Positions 10,201-21,977 of a DNA stretch of 64,000 bases are shown in pieces. The notes below the pieces were generated by a model that was not told the origin of the DNA, searched no databases, and saw only the letters and a program-made list of their open reading frames with translations. The position numbers and the translations under genes are program-made. The DNA is from Ignavibacteriota bacterium. Lineage in GTDB: Bacteria > Bacteroidota > Ignavibacteria > Palsa-1295. Every line of letters starts with the position of its first letter. Position 1 is the first letter of the stretch. Location of the stretch: positions 362,918-426,917 of the forward strand of contig CAWBEI010000004.1 in assembly GCA_963787835.1 (NCBI GenBank), written 5' to 3'.

Positions 10201-13200
10201 CGCCACTTGTCAAGCTCGTTGTACCGGTGCCGCCGTTGGCAACTCCGAGGGTTCCCGTCGTTACATGTGCTACACTGACGACCGTTGGGCCAGGATAGTT
10301 ACTGCCAAGATCGCCGGTTGCAGAGCCGGTCGGCGGTGCACCCGTTACGCTGAGCGTCGTGCCTGTCACCGTGATACCGCTGCCAATCGTAAGCTCTTCC
10401 GGAGCCGCCGATGAACCACTCGTATTGCCGAGCAGGGTGTTCGTCGTCTCATTCTGAATGCTGCCGTAGTTGATGGTGCCAGCGGGGTAATCTGCCGAGA
10501 CCAATGCGCGGAAGCTCGGTGTATTGGCTCCGCCCGAAGTCGGCCCTGCAAAAACCGTATTAGCCGTTTGCGTTGCCAACGTCACCGCAAACGTCCCGCT
10601 TGAAGTGATCGTAGCCGGACTAACCGAAAGTACGCTGCTGGGAACCGTCATGCCAACGGAGGTTACCGAGCCGCTGTTCGTTGTGTTGAGCACGGAACCG
10701 GTGAAGCTAAGACCTGGGCCCAAGGTGATCTCCCCGGGTGCCGCGGAGCTGCCTGTTGGATTACCGAGCAGGGTGTTCGGACTTTCGCTCTGGATATTGG
10801 AATAAGAAACTGCGCCAGCAGCGATCGAGGTGGCGAACGTACTGGTTCCCGAACCGGTGACGGGACCTGTCAGGGTGATCGTCTGATCGCCGGTGTTCGT
10901 GCCGGAAAGATTGGAACCCGTTACGGTTCCTGAAGCAGCGACCGAAGTCGGCGTGATGTTGCCTAACCCAATAGCGATGGTTCCGCTTGTCGTGATTGGA
11001 ACCCCTCCGACCGTGACACCCTGAGAACCCGAAGCATTGACGCTTGTGACCGTCCCAGTTCCGGAAGCAACATCTAACGTAGTTCCACTAAAGCTCAGCC
11101 CGGGGCCAAGCGTGATCTCGTTTGGTGTGGCCGCAGTTCCCGTCGGATTGCCGAGCAGGGAATGAATGCCCTCGTTCTGCATCTTTGCATACGTAACAGC
11201 ACCATTCTTAATAGTGGTGGTTACGGTGCCGGATGTGGTGACGTCCCCCGTAAGATCGGTATTGCCGACCGCATTCGTTCCAGTGAAGGCCGCGAGATGG
11301 CCGTTGGTGCCATTCACTGCTGTGTTGACGGCAGTGGTAATATCACTTCGCAGCGCGATGGTTGCTGTTGAAGCGCCCGGGTCGGGGAGGGTGTAGGCCG
11401 TAGCCTGCCCAAGCGATGTTGCCGGCATGATCGTACCTTTGTTATAGGGACTGTTGGCTGCCACTAAGGTAAGGGTATCGAGAGTTGCGCTGAGATAATA
11501 GGGAGTTCCCGGTATAGCGGTAGTTCCAGTAGTAACGCCTGCACGAAGCATGTCGGTTGTGACTATAGAATCGTTCGGCGATCCCGTTGCAAGCCCAACC
11601 CCGGTAGTGATCGTATTGCGCGGTGCCGGCAGCCAAAAGAGGTCTTGGGTACTCCCTGTGATCGATGGGTTGTAGATGAGCACTTGACCTCCGCCAGCCT
11701 TCGCGCTTTCAAACAACACCATGCGCGCAGCGCCAGGGTTGATGGTCAGTCCGGGAATTCCGATACCAAAGCTTTGGGAGTTGAAACTGCCGCCCGGCGT
11801 AAAAGATACGCTATCGTGTCCCGCATCGCCGGCATAAAGTACAAGGCCGCCTTTCGTCGAGCTGGCACCCGCACTAAGCACGCCGCCGGTAACATAAAGA
11901 TTGGAAACCTTATCCAGCTCATTTCCGGCCAGGTTGATATTGCCCGTCATCGTGCCGCCTGCGAGTGGAAGATAGGTTCCACTAATATCTGGCACGTCCG
12001 CCGCAACAAGGGAACGGAATAGAGGAGCCCCGGTCGATCCGTTCGCAGGTGAAGCAAAAACAGTATTGTTAGATGCCGTTGCTGTACCAGTTCCGCCATT
12101 TGCAACGTTGATGACACTTGTACCATCGTTGATGGCTGTTACGATGTCCGTACCTGCTGTGTTCGCGATGGTTGTAGCGCTTTGCGTTCCGGTCACGTCG
12201 CCAGATAATGAACCAGTGAAGTTTGTTGCCGTCGTGGCGGTGGCCGCATTCCCCGAAGTGTTCGAGGTGATAGTGGCCGGAAGGTCCGTCGCCGCGATCG
12301 ATCGGAACGCCGGAGCCGAGCCGCTCGTCGTGTTCGCAAAGAACTGATTGGCAGCGGTCACTGTCGAAAGGGTGAAGGAGAGCGCAGGTGTCGTGGTCGG
12401 CGTTGCGACCGAGGTGGTGAACAGCGGACTCAGGTTCCCGCTCGAGAAGGACGTAACAGTTCCGCCGCTTCCGGTAGCCGTCAGCGTGGTGCCGTTGAAA
12501 GCAAGTCCGGAGCCGAGGGTGATCTCGCTCGGTGCGGCTGCTACGCCAGTTGGATTGCCGAGCAGCGTGACCGTGCTTTCCTTCTGAATATTCCCATACG
12601 TCACGGCGTTGGCAGTGATCGAAGTTGCATTGCCCACCGACGTGATCGGGCCGGTGAGGTTGGCATCGGTGGTGACGGTGGCCGCATTGCCGCTCGTATT
12701 GTTCGTGATCGCCCCGGCTGCATCGATGACCGCGGCCGAGATGTTTCCTACCGTTGGGTTCGGATAAGTTCCATTGAGATCACCGCCGGCTGTACCGCTG
12801 GGAGCCGCTGTGACCGTGATGTTCGACGCGCCTGTGAAGAGGACGCCATTGATGTTTGCGCCCGGCGAGAGCGCGGAAGCCGTGGCCGCATTCCCCGAAG
12901 TGTTCGAGGTGATCGTAGCCGGAAGGTCCGTCGCCACGATCGATCGGAACGCCGGAGCAGAGCCACCCGTGGTGTTCGCAAAGAACTGATTGGCAGCGGT
13001 CACCGTCGAAAGGGTAAAGGAGAGCGCAGGCGTCGTGGTCGGCGTTGCGACCGAGGTGGTGAACAACGGACTCAGGTTTCCGCTCGAGAAGGACGTTACG
13101 GTTCCGCCGCTGCCGGTAGCCGTCAGGGTGTTACCGCTGAAAGCAAGACCGGAGCCCAGCGTGATCTCGCTCGGTGCCGCCGCGGTGGAACTCGATGGAT

Positions 13201-16200
13201 TTCCGAGCAATGTGCTCTTTGTCTCATTCTGAATATTTGCATAGGTCACCGCACCGTCGGTGATCGAGGTGGCGTTACCTACCGACGTGACCGGGCCGGT
13301 GAGGTTGGCATCGGTGGTGACGGTGGCCGCATTGCCGCTCGTATTGTTCGTGATCGCACCGGCTGCATCGATGACTGCGGCCGAGACACTCGCTACGGTT
13401 GGGTTCGGATAGGTTCCACTGAGATCGCCACCGGCTGTACCGCTGGGAGCCGCTGTGACCGTGATGTTCGACGCGCCTGTGAAGAGGACGCCATTGATGT
13501 TTGCGCCCGGCGAGAGCGCGGAAGCGGTGGCCGCATTCCCGGAGGTGTTCGAGGTGATGGTGGCCGGAAGGTCCGTCGCCGCGATCGATCGGAAGGCCGG
13601 AGCAGATCCACCCGTGGTGTTCGCAAAGAACTGATTGGCAGCGGTCACCGTCGAAAGGGTAAAGGAGAGCACAGGCGTCGTGGTCGGTGTTGCGACCGAG
13701 GTGGTGAACAGCGGACTCAGGTTTCCGCTCGAGAAGGACGTTACGGTTCCACCGCTTCCGGTAGCCGTCAGCGTGTTACCGCTGAAAGCAAGACCGGAGC
13801 CCAGCGTGATCTCGCTCGGTGCGGCTGCTACGCCAGTTGGATTGCCGAGCAGCGTGACCGTGCTTTCCTTCTGAATATTCCCATACGTCACGGCGCCGGC
13901 AGTGATCGAAGTTGCATTGCCCACCGACGTGATCGGGCCGGTGAGGTTGGCATCGGTGGTGACGGTTGCGGCGTTACCCGTCGTGCTGTTCGACAGCGTG
14001 CCGCCATTAGCCGTCAACGCGGCAATAATATCGGCGCCTGCAGCCGACGTGTTCGCGATCGTCGGATTTGGATAGGTTCCATTGAGATCGCCACCGGCTG
14101 TACCGCTGGGAGCCGCTGTGACCGTGATGTTCGACGCGCCTGTGAAGAGGACGCCATTGATGTTTGCGCCCGGCGAGAGCGCGGAAGCGGTGGCCGCTGT
14201 CCCCGAGGTGTTCGAGGTGATCGTGGCCGGAAGGTCCGTCGCCGCGATCGATCGGAAGGCCGGAGCAGATCCACCCGTCGTGTTCGCAAAGAACTGATTG
14301 GCGCTTGCCACGGTCGAAAGCGTGAAGGAGAGTGCGGGGGTCGTGGTAGAAGTGGCTACGGATGTGGTGAACAACGGGCTCAGGTTCCCGCTCGAGAAGG
14401 ACGTTACGGTTCCGCCGCTGCCGGTGGCCGTTAGGGTGTTGCCGCTGAAGGCAAGTCCGGAGCCGAGGGTGATCTCGCTCGGTGCGGCTGCTACGCCAGT
14501 TGGATTGCCGAGCAGCGTGACCGTGCTTTCCTTCTGAATATTCCCATACGTCACGGCGTTGGCAGTGATCGAAGTTGCATTGCCCACCGACGTGATCGGG
14601 CCGGTGAGGTTGGCATCGGTGGTCACGGTGGCCGCATTGCCGCTCGTATTGTTCGTGATCGCCCCGGCTGCATCGATGACCGCGGCCGAGATGTTTCCTA
14701 CCGTTGGGTTCGGATAAGTTCCATTGAGATCACCGCCGGCTGTACCGCTGGGAGCCGCTGTGACCGTGATGTTCGACGCGCCTGTGAAGAGGACGCCATT
14801 GATGTTTGCGCCAGGAGAGAGCGCGGAAGCCGTGGCCGCATTCCCCGACGTGTTCGAGGTGATGGTGGCCGGAAGGTCTGCCGCCGCGATCGATCGGAAC
14901 GCCGGAGCCGAGCCGCTCGTCGTGTTCGCAAAGAACTGATTGGCAGCGGTCACTGTCGAAAGGGTGAAGGAGAGCGCAGGTGTCGTGGTCGGCGTTGCGA
15001 CCGAGGTGGTGAACAGCGGACTCAGGTTCCCGCTCGAGAAGGACGTAACAGTTCCGCCGCCGCCGGTAGCCGTCAGCGTGTTGCCGCTGAAGGCAAGTCC
15101 GGAGCCGAGGGTGATCTCGCTTGGTGCGGCAGCTGCGCCAGTTGGATTGCCGAGCAGCGTGACCGTGCTTTCCTTCTGAATATTCCCATACGTCACGGCG
15201 TTGGCAGTGATCGAAGTTGCATTGCCCACCGACGTGACCGGGCCTGTGAGGTTGGCATCGGTGGTGACGGTTGCGGCGTTACCGCTCGTATTGTTCGTGA
15301 TCGCCCCGGCTGCATCGATGACCGCGGCCGAGATGTTTCCTACCGTTGGGTTCGGATAGGTTCCGGTGAGATCGCCACCGGCTGTACCGCTGGGAGCCGC
15401 TGTGACCGTGATGTTCGACGCGCCGGTGAAGAGGACGCCATTGATCTGTGCGCCGGGAGAGAGCGCGGAAGCCGTGGCCGCATTCCCCGACGTGTTCGAG
15501 GTGATGGTGGCCGGAAGGTCCGTCGCCGCGATCGATCGGAAGGCCGGAGCAGATCCACCCGTGGTGTTCGCAAAGAACTGATTGGCAGCGGTCACTGTCG
15601 AAAGCGTGAAGGAGAGCGCAGGTGTCGTGGTCGGCGTTGCGACCGAGGTGGTGAACAGCGGACTCAGGTTCCCGCTCGAGAAGGACGTTACGGTTCCGCC
15701 GCTTCCGGTGGCTGTAAGCGTGGTGCCGTTGAAAGCAAGTCCGGAGCCGAGGGTGATCTCGCTTGGTGCGGCAGCTGCGCCAGTTGGATTGCCGAGCAAG
15801 GTGCTATGCGTCTCGCTTTGAATGTTCGAATACTGTACCGCGCCGGCAGTGATCGTTGTTGCATTGCCCACCGACGTGATCGGGCCGGTGAGGTTGGCAT
15901 CGGTGGTGACGGTTGCGGCGTTACCCGTCGTGCTGTTCGACAGCGTGCCGCCATTAGCCGTCAACGCGGCAATAATATCGGCGCCTGCAGCCGACGTGTT
16001 CGCGATCGTCGGATTTGGATAGGTTCCATTGAGATCGCCACCGGCTGTACCGCTGGGAGCCGCTGTGACCGTGATGTTCGACGCGCCTGTGAAGAGGACG
16101 CCATTGATGTTTGCGCCCGGCGAGAGCGCGGAAGCGGTGGCCGCATTCCCCGAAGTGTTCGAGGTGATAGTGGCCGGAAGGTCCGTCGCCGCGATCGATC

Positions 16201-19200
16201 GGAACGCCGGAGCCGAGCCGCTCGTCGTGTTCGCAAAGAACTGATTGGCAGCGGTCACTGTCGAAAGGGTGAAGGAGAGCGCAGGTGTCGTGGTCGGCGT
16301 TGCGACCGAGGTGGTGAACAGCGGACTCAGGTTCCCGCTCGAGAAGGACGTAACAGTTCCGCCGCTTCCGGTAGCCGTCAGCGTGGTGCCGCTGAAGGCA
16401 AGTCCGGAGCCCAGGGTGATCTCGCTCGGTGCGGCTGCTGCGCCAGTTGGATTGCCGAGCAGCGTGACCGTGCTTTCCTTCTGAATATTCCCATACGTCA
16501 CGGCGTTGGCAGTGATCGAAGTTGCATTGCCCACCGACGTGATCGGGCCGGTGAGGTTGGCATCGGTGGTGACGGTGGCTGCGTTACCCGTCGTGCTGTT
16601 CGACAGCGTACCGCCATTGGTCGTGAGGGCTGCAATGATGTTCGCGCCCGCTGCAGATGTGTTCGCGATAGTCGGATTTGGATAAGTTCCATTGAGATCG
16701 CCACCGGCTGTACCGCTGGGAGCCGCTGTGACCGTGATGTTCGACGCGCCTGTGAAGAGGACGCCATTGATCTGTGCGCCAGGAGAGAGTGCGGAAGCCG
16801 TGGCCGCATTCCCCGTGGTGTTCGAGGTGATAGTGGCCGGAAGGTCCGTCGCCGCGATCGAGCGGAATGCCGGAGCCGAGCCGCCCGTCGTGTTCGCAAA
16901 GAACTGATTGGTGCTTGCCACCGTCGAAAGGGTGAAGGAGAGCGCAGGCGTCGTGGTCGGCGTTGCGACCGAGGTGGTGAACAACGGACTCAGGTTCCCG
17001 CTCGAGAAGGACGTTACGGTTCCGCCGCTTCCGGTGGCCGTCAGCGTGGTGCCGTTGAAAGCAAGTCCGGAGCCGAGGGTGATCTCGCTCGGTGCGGCTG
17101 CTACGCCAGTTGGATTGCCGAGCAGCGTGACCGTGCTTTCCTTCTGAATATTCCCATACGTCACGGCGTTGGCAGTGATCGAAGTTGCATTGCCCACCGA
17201 CGTGATCGGGCCGGTGAGGTTGGCATCGGTGGTGACGGTGGCCGCATTGCCGCTCGTATTGTTCGTGATCGCCCCGGCTGCATCGATGACCGCGGCCGAG
17301 ATGTTTCCTACCGTTGGGTTCGGATAAGTTCCATTGAGATCACCGCCGGCTGTACCGCTGGGAGCCGCTGTGACCGTGATGTTCGACGCGCCTGTGAAGA
17401 GGACGCCATTGATCTGTGCGCCAGGAGAGAGCGCGGAAGCCGTGGCCGCATTCCCCGACGTGTTCGAGGTGATGGTGGCGGGAAGGTCCGTCGCCGCGAT
17501 CGATCGGAAGGCCGGAGCAGATCCACCCGTGGTGTTCGCAAAGAACTGATTGGCGCTTGCCACCGTCGAAAGCGTGAAGGAGAGCGCGGGCGTCGTGGTC
17601 GGCGTTGCGACCGAGGTGGTGAACAGCGGACTCAGGTTCCCGCTCGAGAAGGACGTTACGGTTCCGCCGCTGCCGGTAGCCGTCAGCGTGGTGCCGTTGA
17701 AGGCAAGTCCGGAGCCCAGGGTGATCTCGCTCGGTGCGGCTGCTGCGCCGGAGTTATTACCAAGCAGGGTTGCGTTGGATTCATTTTGGATCTTGGCATA
17801 GGTTACCGCGCCCGGCGTGATCGTGGTGGCAAAGCTCCCGGTTCCAGAACCGGTGACCGGACCGGTGAGCGTGATCGTCTGATCCCCCGTGTTCGTGCCC
17901 GAAAGGTTCGAGCCTGTTACGGTGCCCGTGGCTGCGACGGATGTTGGAGTGATCGAGCCTAAACCGATGGCGATCGTCCCGCTCGTGGTGATCGGAACTC
18001 CGCTGACCGTGACGCCCTGGGAACCTGTGGCATTCACACTCGTGACCGTGCCACTGCCGCCGGTAGCCGTCAGCGTGTTGCCGCTAAAGGCAAGCCCGGA
18101 ACCCAATGTGATCTCGCTCGGTGCCGCTGCGGTGGAACTCGATGGATTTCCAAGCAACGTGCTCTTCGTTTCATTCTGAATATTTGCGTAATTAACCGCG
18201 CCATTAGTGATCGAGGTCGCATTCCCCACTGACGTTATCGGACCCGTGAGGTTCGCATCTGTCGTGACCGTTGCCGCATTGCCCGTCGTATTCTGATTGA
18301 GCGTCGGAAAATCGCTGGCGGTTGCAATGCTGAGCGCGCCCGTGCCAGTCGTCGATTTTAAGATACCCGTTCCAAGGGAAGAAGTCCCAGCGGAATAATC
18401 GGTTCCTGCGGTTCCTGCCGAGATCGCGGTTCCATTGCCCTTAAGCATTCCGGTGACGGTCGTCGAAAGGGTGATCGCCGGAGTGGTCGTCGAATTGGAG
18501 ACCGTACCCGCTAAGCCATTCGCAGTTGCCACCGAGACGGAGGTTACTGTTCCGGTATTTGTAGCGCTTAGCACAGAGCCGGTCAGATTCAGCCCCGAGC
18601 CGAGCGTGATCTCGCCGGGTGCTGCCGCTGCACCCGAGTTGTTGCCGAGCAGGGTTGCGTTCGATTCGTTCTGGATCTTGGCATAGGTCACTGCACCGTT
18701 GGTGATCGAGGTCGCATTGCCGGACGAGGTGACCGGACCCGTGAGGTTGGCATCGGTCGTCACTGTTGCCGCATTTCCAGTGATGTTGCCTGTCATCGTG
18801 CTTGTACCGGAGTTCCATGCTGGGCCGGACGTGACCGGACTCGTGCCATTGCCGACCAAGAGTGAACCACTGGTTAACGTTGTTGCCCCAGTACCTCCGT
18901 TGGCTACGCCGAGCGTACCCGTAGTAACATGAGCAACACTCACGACGGTTGGGTTCGGATAGGTTCCACCCAGATCGCCGCCCGCTGCACCACCTGGTGT
19001 TACACCCGTGATGGTGGTATTGGATGCATTGGTGATCCTGCCTTTAGCATCAACAGTTAACGTTGGAGTGGATGTCGCGCTACCATAGTTCCCAGCTGTG
19101 ACTCCAGAAGTGACGAGCGTAGGGTTAGGGTAGGTACCTGTCAGGTCCCCGCCGGCTGCGCCGGTTGGCTGTGTTCCCGTAGCAGCGATAGTGATCGAGC

Positions 19201-20563
19201 CGGCGGTGTTCGTGATGGATATACCTGTCCCTGGGGTCAGTGTTCCGGGAGTAAGAGTGTTGCCGGTGGAATTACCAATGAGCAACTGTCCATTCGTATA
19301 AGAAGTTTGGCCAGTACCTCCGTGTGCGACAGCAACGGTACCGGTCACATTCGCAGCATCGCCTCCAATGTTCCCGGAAATCTTGCTACCATTGATGAGC
19401 GTGGTTGTTGCATTATTGATTGAATTTGCCAGCGCACTTCCCTGAGCATCGGTGAATGGGAACGATTGTGTTGCAAGCCAGTTGTTGGCATGGTTGAGAT
19501 TAAGAGCAGCATTGACATTGCCCGTCGTTGGTGAAATGGAAAGGGTACCATCTGAAGCCACGTTCGTTACGCTGGTGACACCCTGACCAGGGGCTTGCCA
19601 TGTGGGGTCGGCGGACGCGCCGTTACTGGTGAGTATATAACCGGCCGTTCCAGGAACGACTGTTGCCAGCGCACTCGTCCCTTTTCCGATAAGCACGCCG
19701 TGATCCGGGATCGATTGGAGTCCCGTACCGCCATTGGAGACGCCAAGTGTTCCACCGAGCGTTAGTGTGCCGCTTGTGGTGATCGGCCCACCGCTGACGG
19801 TGAGGCCAGTAGTTCCACCGGAGGCGTTGACGCTTGTTACAGCACCGCCTGGAGCGCTGATCGTGATCGCATTGGTTCCAGGAGTGATCGTGATGCCCTG
19901 ACCGGCATTGATCTGAAAATTATCGTTTGCGTCAGGCCCGAGATTGTTAATGGTGGAGACTCCCGGGCTGGATAGGAGATTGTTGGGAATCTTCGATGGA
20001 AGAAATGCAGGATCCATCTTAGCCGAGCCGGTATATCCCGAGCCGAGAGGGACCGGAAATAACTCACCTGCGACCGGTGTTGACGAAGCGGCAAGCCCAT
20101 TGACGGTTCCAGCATTGATCGCATACGGCGCAGACCATAATTCTGCGGGTGGAAGCGTAGTCGAGGGTGAACCCGAAACCACTACTTGTAAGTAGTACTG
20201 CGACGTAAAATTCAAATTAGTCGGGAAGGGGGCGGTCGGGCCACCAATAACCATATTGAAGATCCCCTCTGTTACCACTACATTTTGCACCGTCTCGGAA
20301 TAGATCGGGTTGAGCCCCTGGTCGGTAAGCGTGACCGTGAAATTTAGGATGTTCGTACCCGGAAGCGGCGCACCGTTCTGTTCTAAGATTCCCTGGTAGG
20401 TAAAACCATCGGGAACCTGAGCTTTCACCACGGGGGTACCCCAGAAGAGTGGAAGGATCAGCCCGAGCGCCATCAGGCAACGGCACACGCTAACGGGAAC
20501 GCTCACCGCGTGGGAGAATACGAGATGAGAGGCGCTAATGTGCCTCGAGAGTTTATTTGTCAT
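7230..20563 (-). CDS. Giant (~4440 aa if joined) repetitive phage-tail-fibre-like surface protein, split by a 1-nt frameshift near 8298
   Basis: Signal peptide then [10 protein letters not shown]...GIFNMVIG...SAPYAINA N-domain; repeated GGDLxGTYPNP, TVTSV, ANGGTG and AVTYAKIQN motifs. Adding 1 nt near 8298 gives [13 protein letters not shown]..., joining ORF 8054-20563 to ORF 7230-8234. Confidence 0.85.
12240..17790 (-). repeat. Intragenic tandem array of ~9 units of 642-663 bp
   Basis: Equivalent positions recur at 12348, 12990, 13635, 14298, 14940, 15582, 16245, 16908 and 17550. Confidence 0.92.
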
Positions 20564-21127
20564 ATTTTTTTATGCAACCGGTTTATGTTATTTCACACGA
20601 AACTTGGATCGTGCATTTGCATGCATCGACGAGACCCTCATCAATCGAGGGGGAGAGCTTTTGCATTCCTAACCAATTTACGAAAGTGACAGAGCATCAC
20701 ATTGCAGTTCGACGACAATACCGATCCAGAACAGAGGGGAACTCGGGCTCACCCTCATCAAAGACCATTGAGAGCAGGGTCTCCGAATCGTCCTTCGAAT
20801 CGCACAGCAATAAAGCCAAGAAATGCAGGATCGCTAAAACCTGCCGGCATTGTGGCGCAAAACCCTCAAGCTCTGCCACATTTTCTCTAAAAGGATTACT
20901 TCTTCACCGCGAACGAGCTATAAATGTTAAAAGTTTCTAACGAATTGGCGAAATAATCCCCTATCCCAGTCTGACCGATTTCTAGGCCGATTTCAGGTGT
21001 TTGATGGCATATAAAACAGGATGAATAAAAGGCACAACGGTTAATTGATAAATTGCACAACAATGGACTTTCGGATGCCCCGTTCGCTATTGCGGAACCT
21101 ACTGAATTCAAGCGGCATTTAAGGCTC

Positions 21128-21200
21128 GCTTCCTTAGCTCAGTTGGTAGAGCAACTGACTCTTAATCAGTGGGTCGCCGGTTCGAGCCCGGCAGGAAGCA
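21128..21200 (+). tRNA. tRNA-Lys(CTT)
   Basis: GCTTCCT...AGGAAGC-A acceptor stem, AGCTCAGTTGGTAGAGC D-arm, ACTGA-CTCTTAA-TCAGT anticodon arm, GGTTCGAGCCC T-arm; CCA not encoded. Confidence 0.96.
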
Positions 21201-21233
21201 CTTCTTTTCAGGATTGAGAAGCGAGTTGGAGGC

Positions 21234-21710
21234 CTACGCGCATTCCGTGTCAACAGCGATCAGCTTTTCGCAGAGAGATGCGAGCTGGGACAGTTCGGGC
21301 TCCGTTAGATTTGCCATTAAATTATTGTCGAATGCAGTGAGTTTTGGAGAGATCGTATCGAGCGCTTTCAATCCTTTATCGGTAATGAATGCCCGCACCA
21401 CGCGGCGATCTTTTGTGGACCGCTCGCGCTTGACGAATCCGAGCTTTTCGAGTGTGTCAATGCGGCGCGTGATGTCCGGCGACCGATCAATCATTCTGCA
21501 CGCGATCTCGCCAGATGGATGCCCCTCTTTGCCGGCTCCGCGCAAAATTCGGAGTATATTGAACTGCTCGCCGGTCAGGTCTGCTTCGGCGAGTACGCGG
21601 TCGATATTCGAGCGCAATTCGCTCGCTGCAGCCATAAGCGCAAGCATAGCCTCCTGTAGAGGGCTTTCGAATTTCGACATTTTAAGACGTTTTTGTAGGA
21701 CTTCTCCCAT
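21234..21710 (-). CDS. MarR-family transcriptional regulator
   Basis: LTGEQFNILRIL...SPDITRRIDTLEKLGFVKR...DRRVVRAFITDKG; exact start uncertain. Confidence 0.9.
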   Translation of the reverse strand: MGEVLQKRLKMSKFESPLQEAMLALMAAASELRSNIDRVLAEADLTGEQFNILRILRGAGKEGHPSGEIACRMIDRSPDITRRIDTLEKLGFVKRERSTKDRRVVRAFITDKGLKALDTISPKLTAFDNNLMANLTEPELSQLASLCEKLIAVDTECA

Positions 21711-21841
21711 AAAAAAAGAGAACAATAATATTTAAACAATAATTAATGGTGCCTGAACAGGGATTTGAATAGATCTCATGGATTTCGAAGAAGTGTTGAA
21801 ATTAGTTTGTAATATATACCTCTCATGAATGCATTGATGAT

Positions 21842-21967
21842 GTCATTGCGAGGAGAATCGAACGACCGAAGGGAGTTCGATTCGACGAAGCAATCTCGGT
21901 ATCGAAGGCAAGAGATTGCTTCGTCGGAATCACTCCGCTTCGCTGCGTGATTCCTTCTCGCAATGAC
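21842..21967 (+). repeat. Palindromic REP/RPE-like repeat, family A copy 1
   Basis: GTCATTGCGAG...GAAGCAATCTC...GAGATTGCTTCG...CTCGCAATGAC. Confidence 0.9.
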
Positions 21968-21977
21968 GTTGTAGAGA

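Noticed and set aside
12240-17790. Regular repeats as a CRISPR array or DGR template
   Set aside because: Units are ~650 bp in-frame coding repeats with no unique spacers. No cas or reverse transcriptase gene is present, and differences are not adenine-specific.
15806-17962. 718 aa plus-strand ORF and the many repeated 71-80 aa ORFs across 7.4-20.2 kb
   Set aside because: Antisense shadows of the repetitive fibre gene; Arg-rich with no protein-like features.
20589-20604. parS-like TATTTCACACGAAACT
   Set aside because: Four mismatches to TGTTTCACGTGAAACA, single copy.
20830-20882. Resemblance to a c-di-GMP-I riboswitch (AAACC...GGCGCAAAACC)
   Set aside because: Wrong strand for the fibre gene, and lacks the GNRA tetraloop/receptor and a P1 stem.
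21128-21233. tRNA-Lys as an island integration site
   Set aside because: No duplicated tRNA 3' end or integrase seen; marR follows directly.
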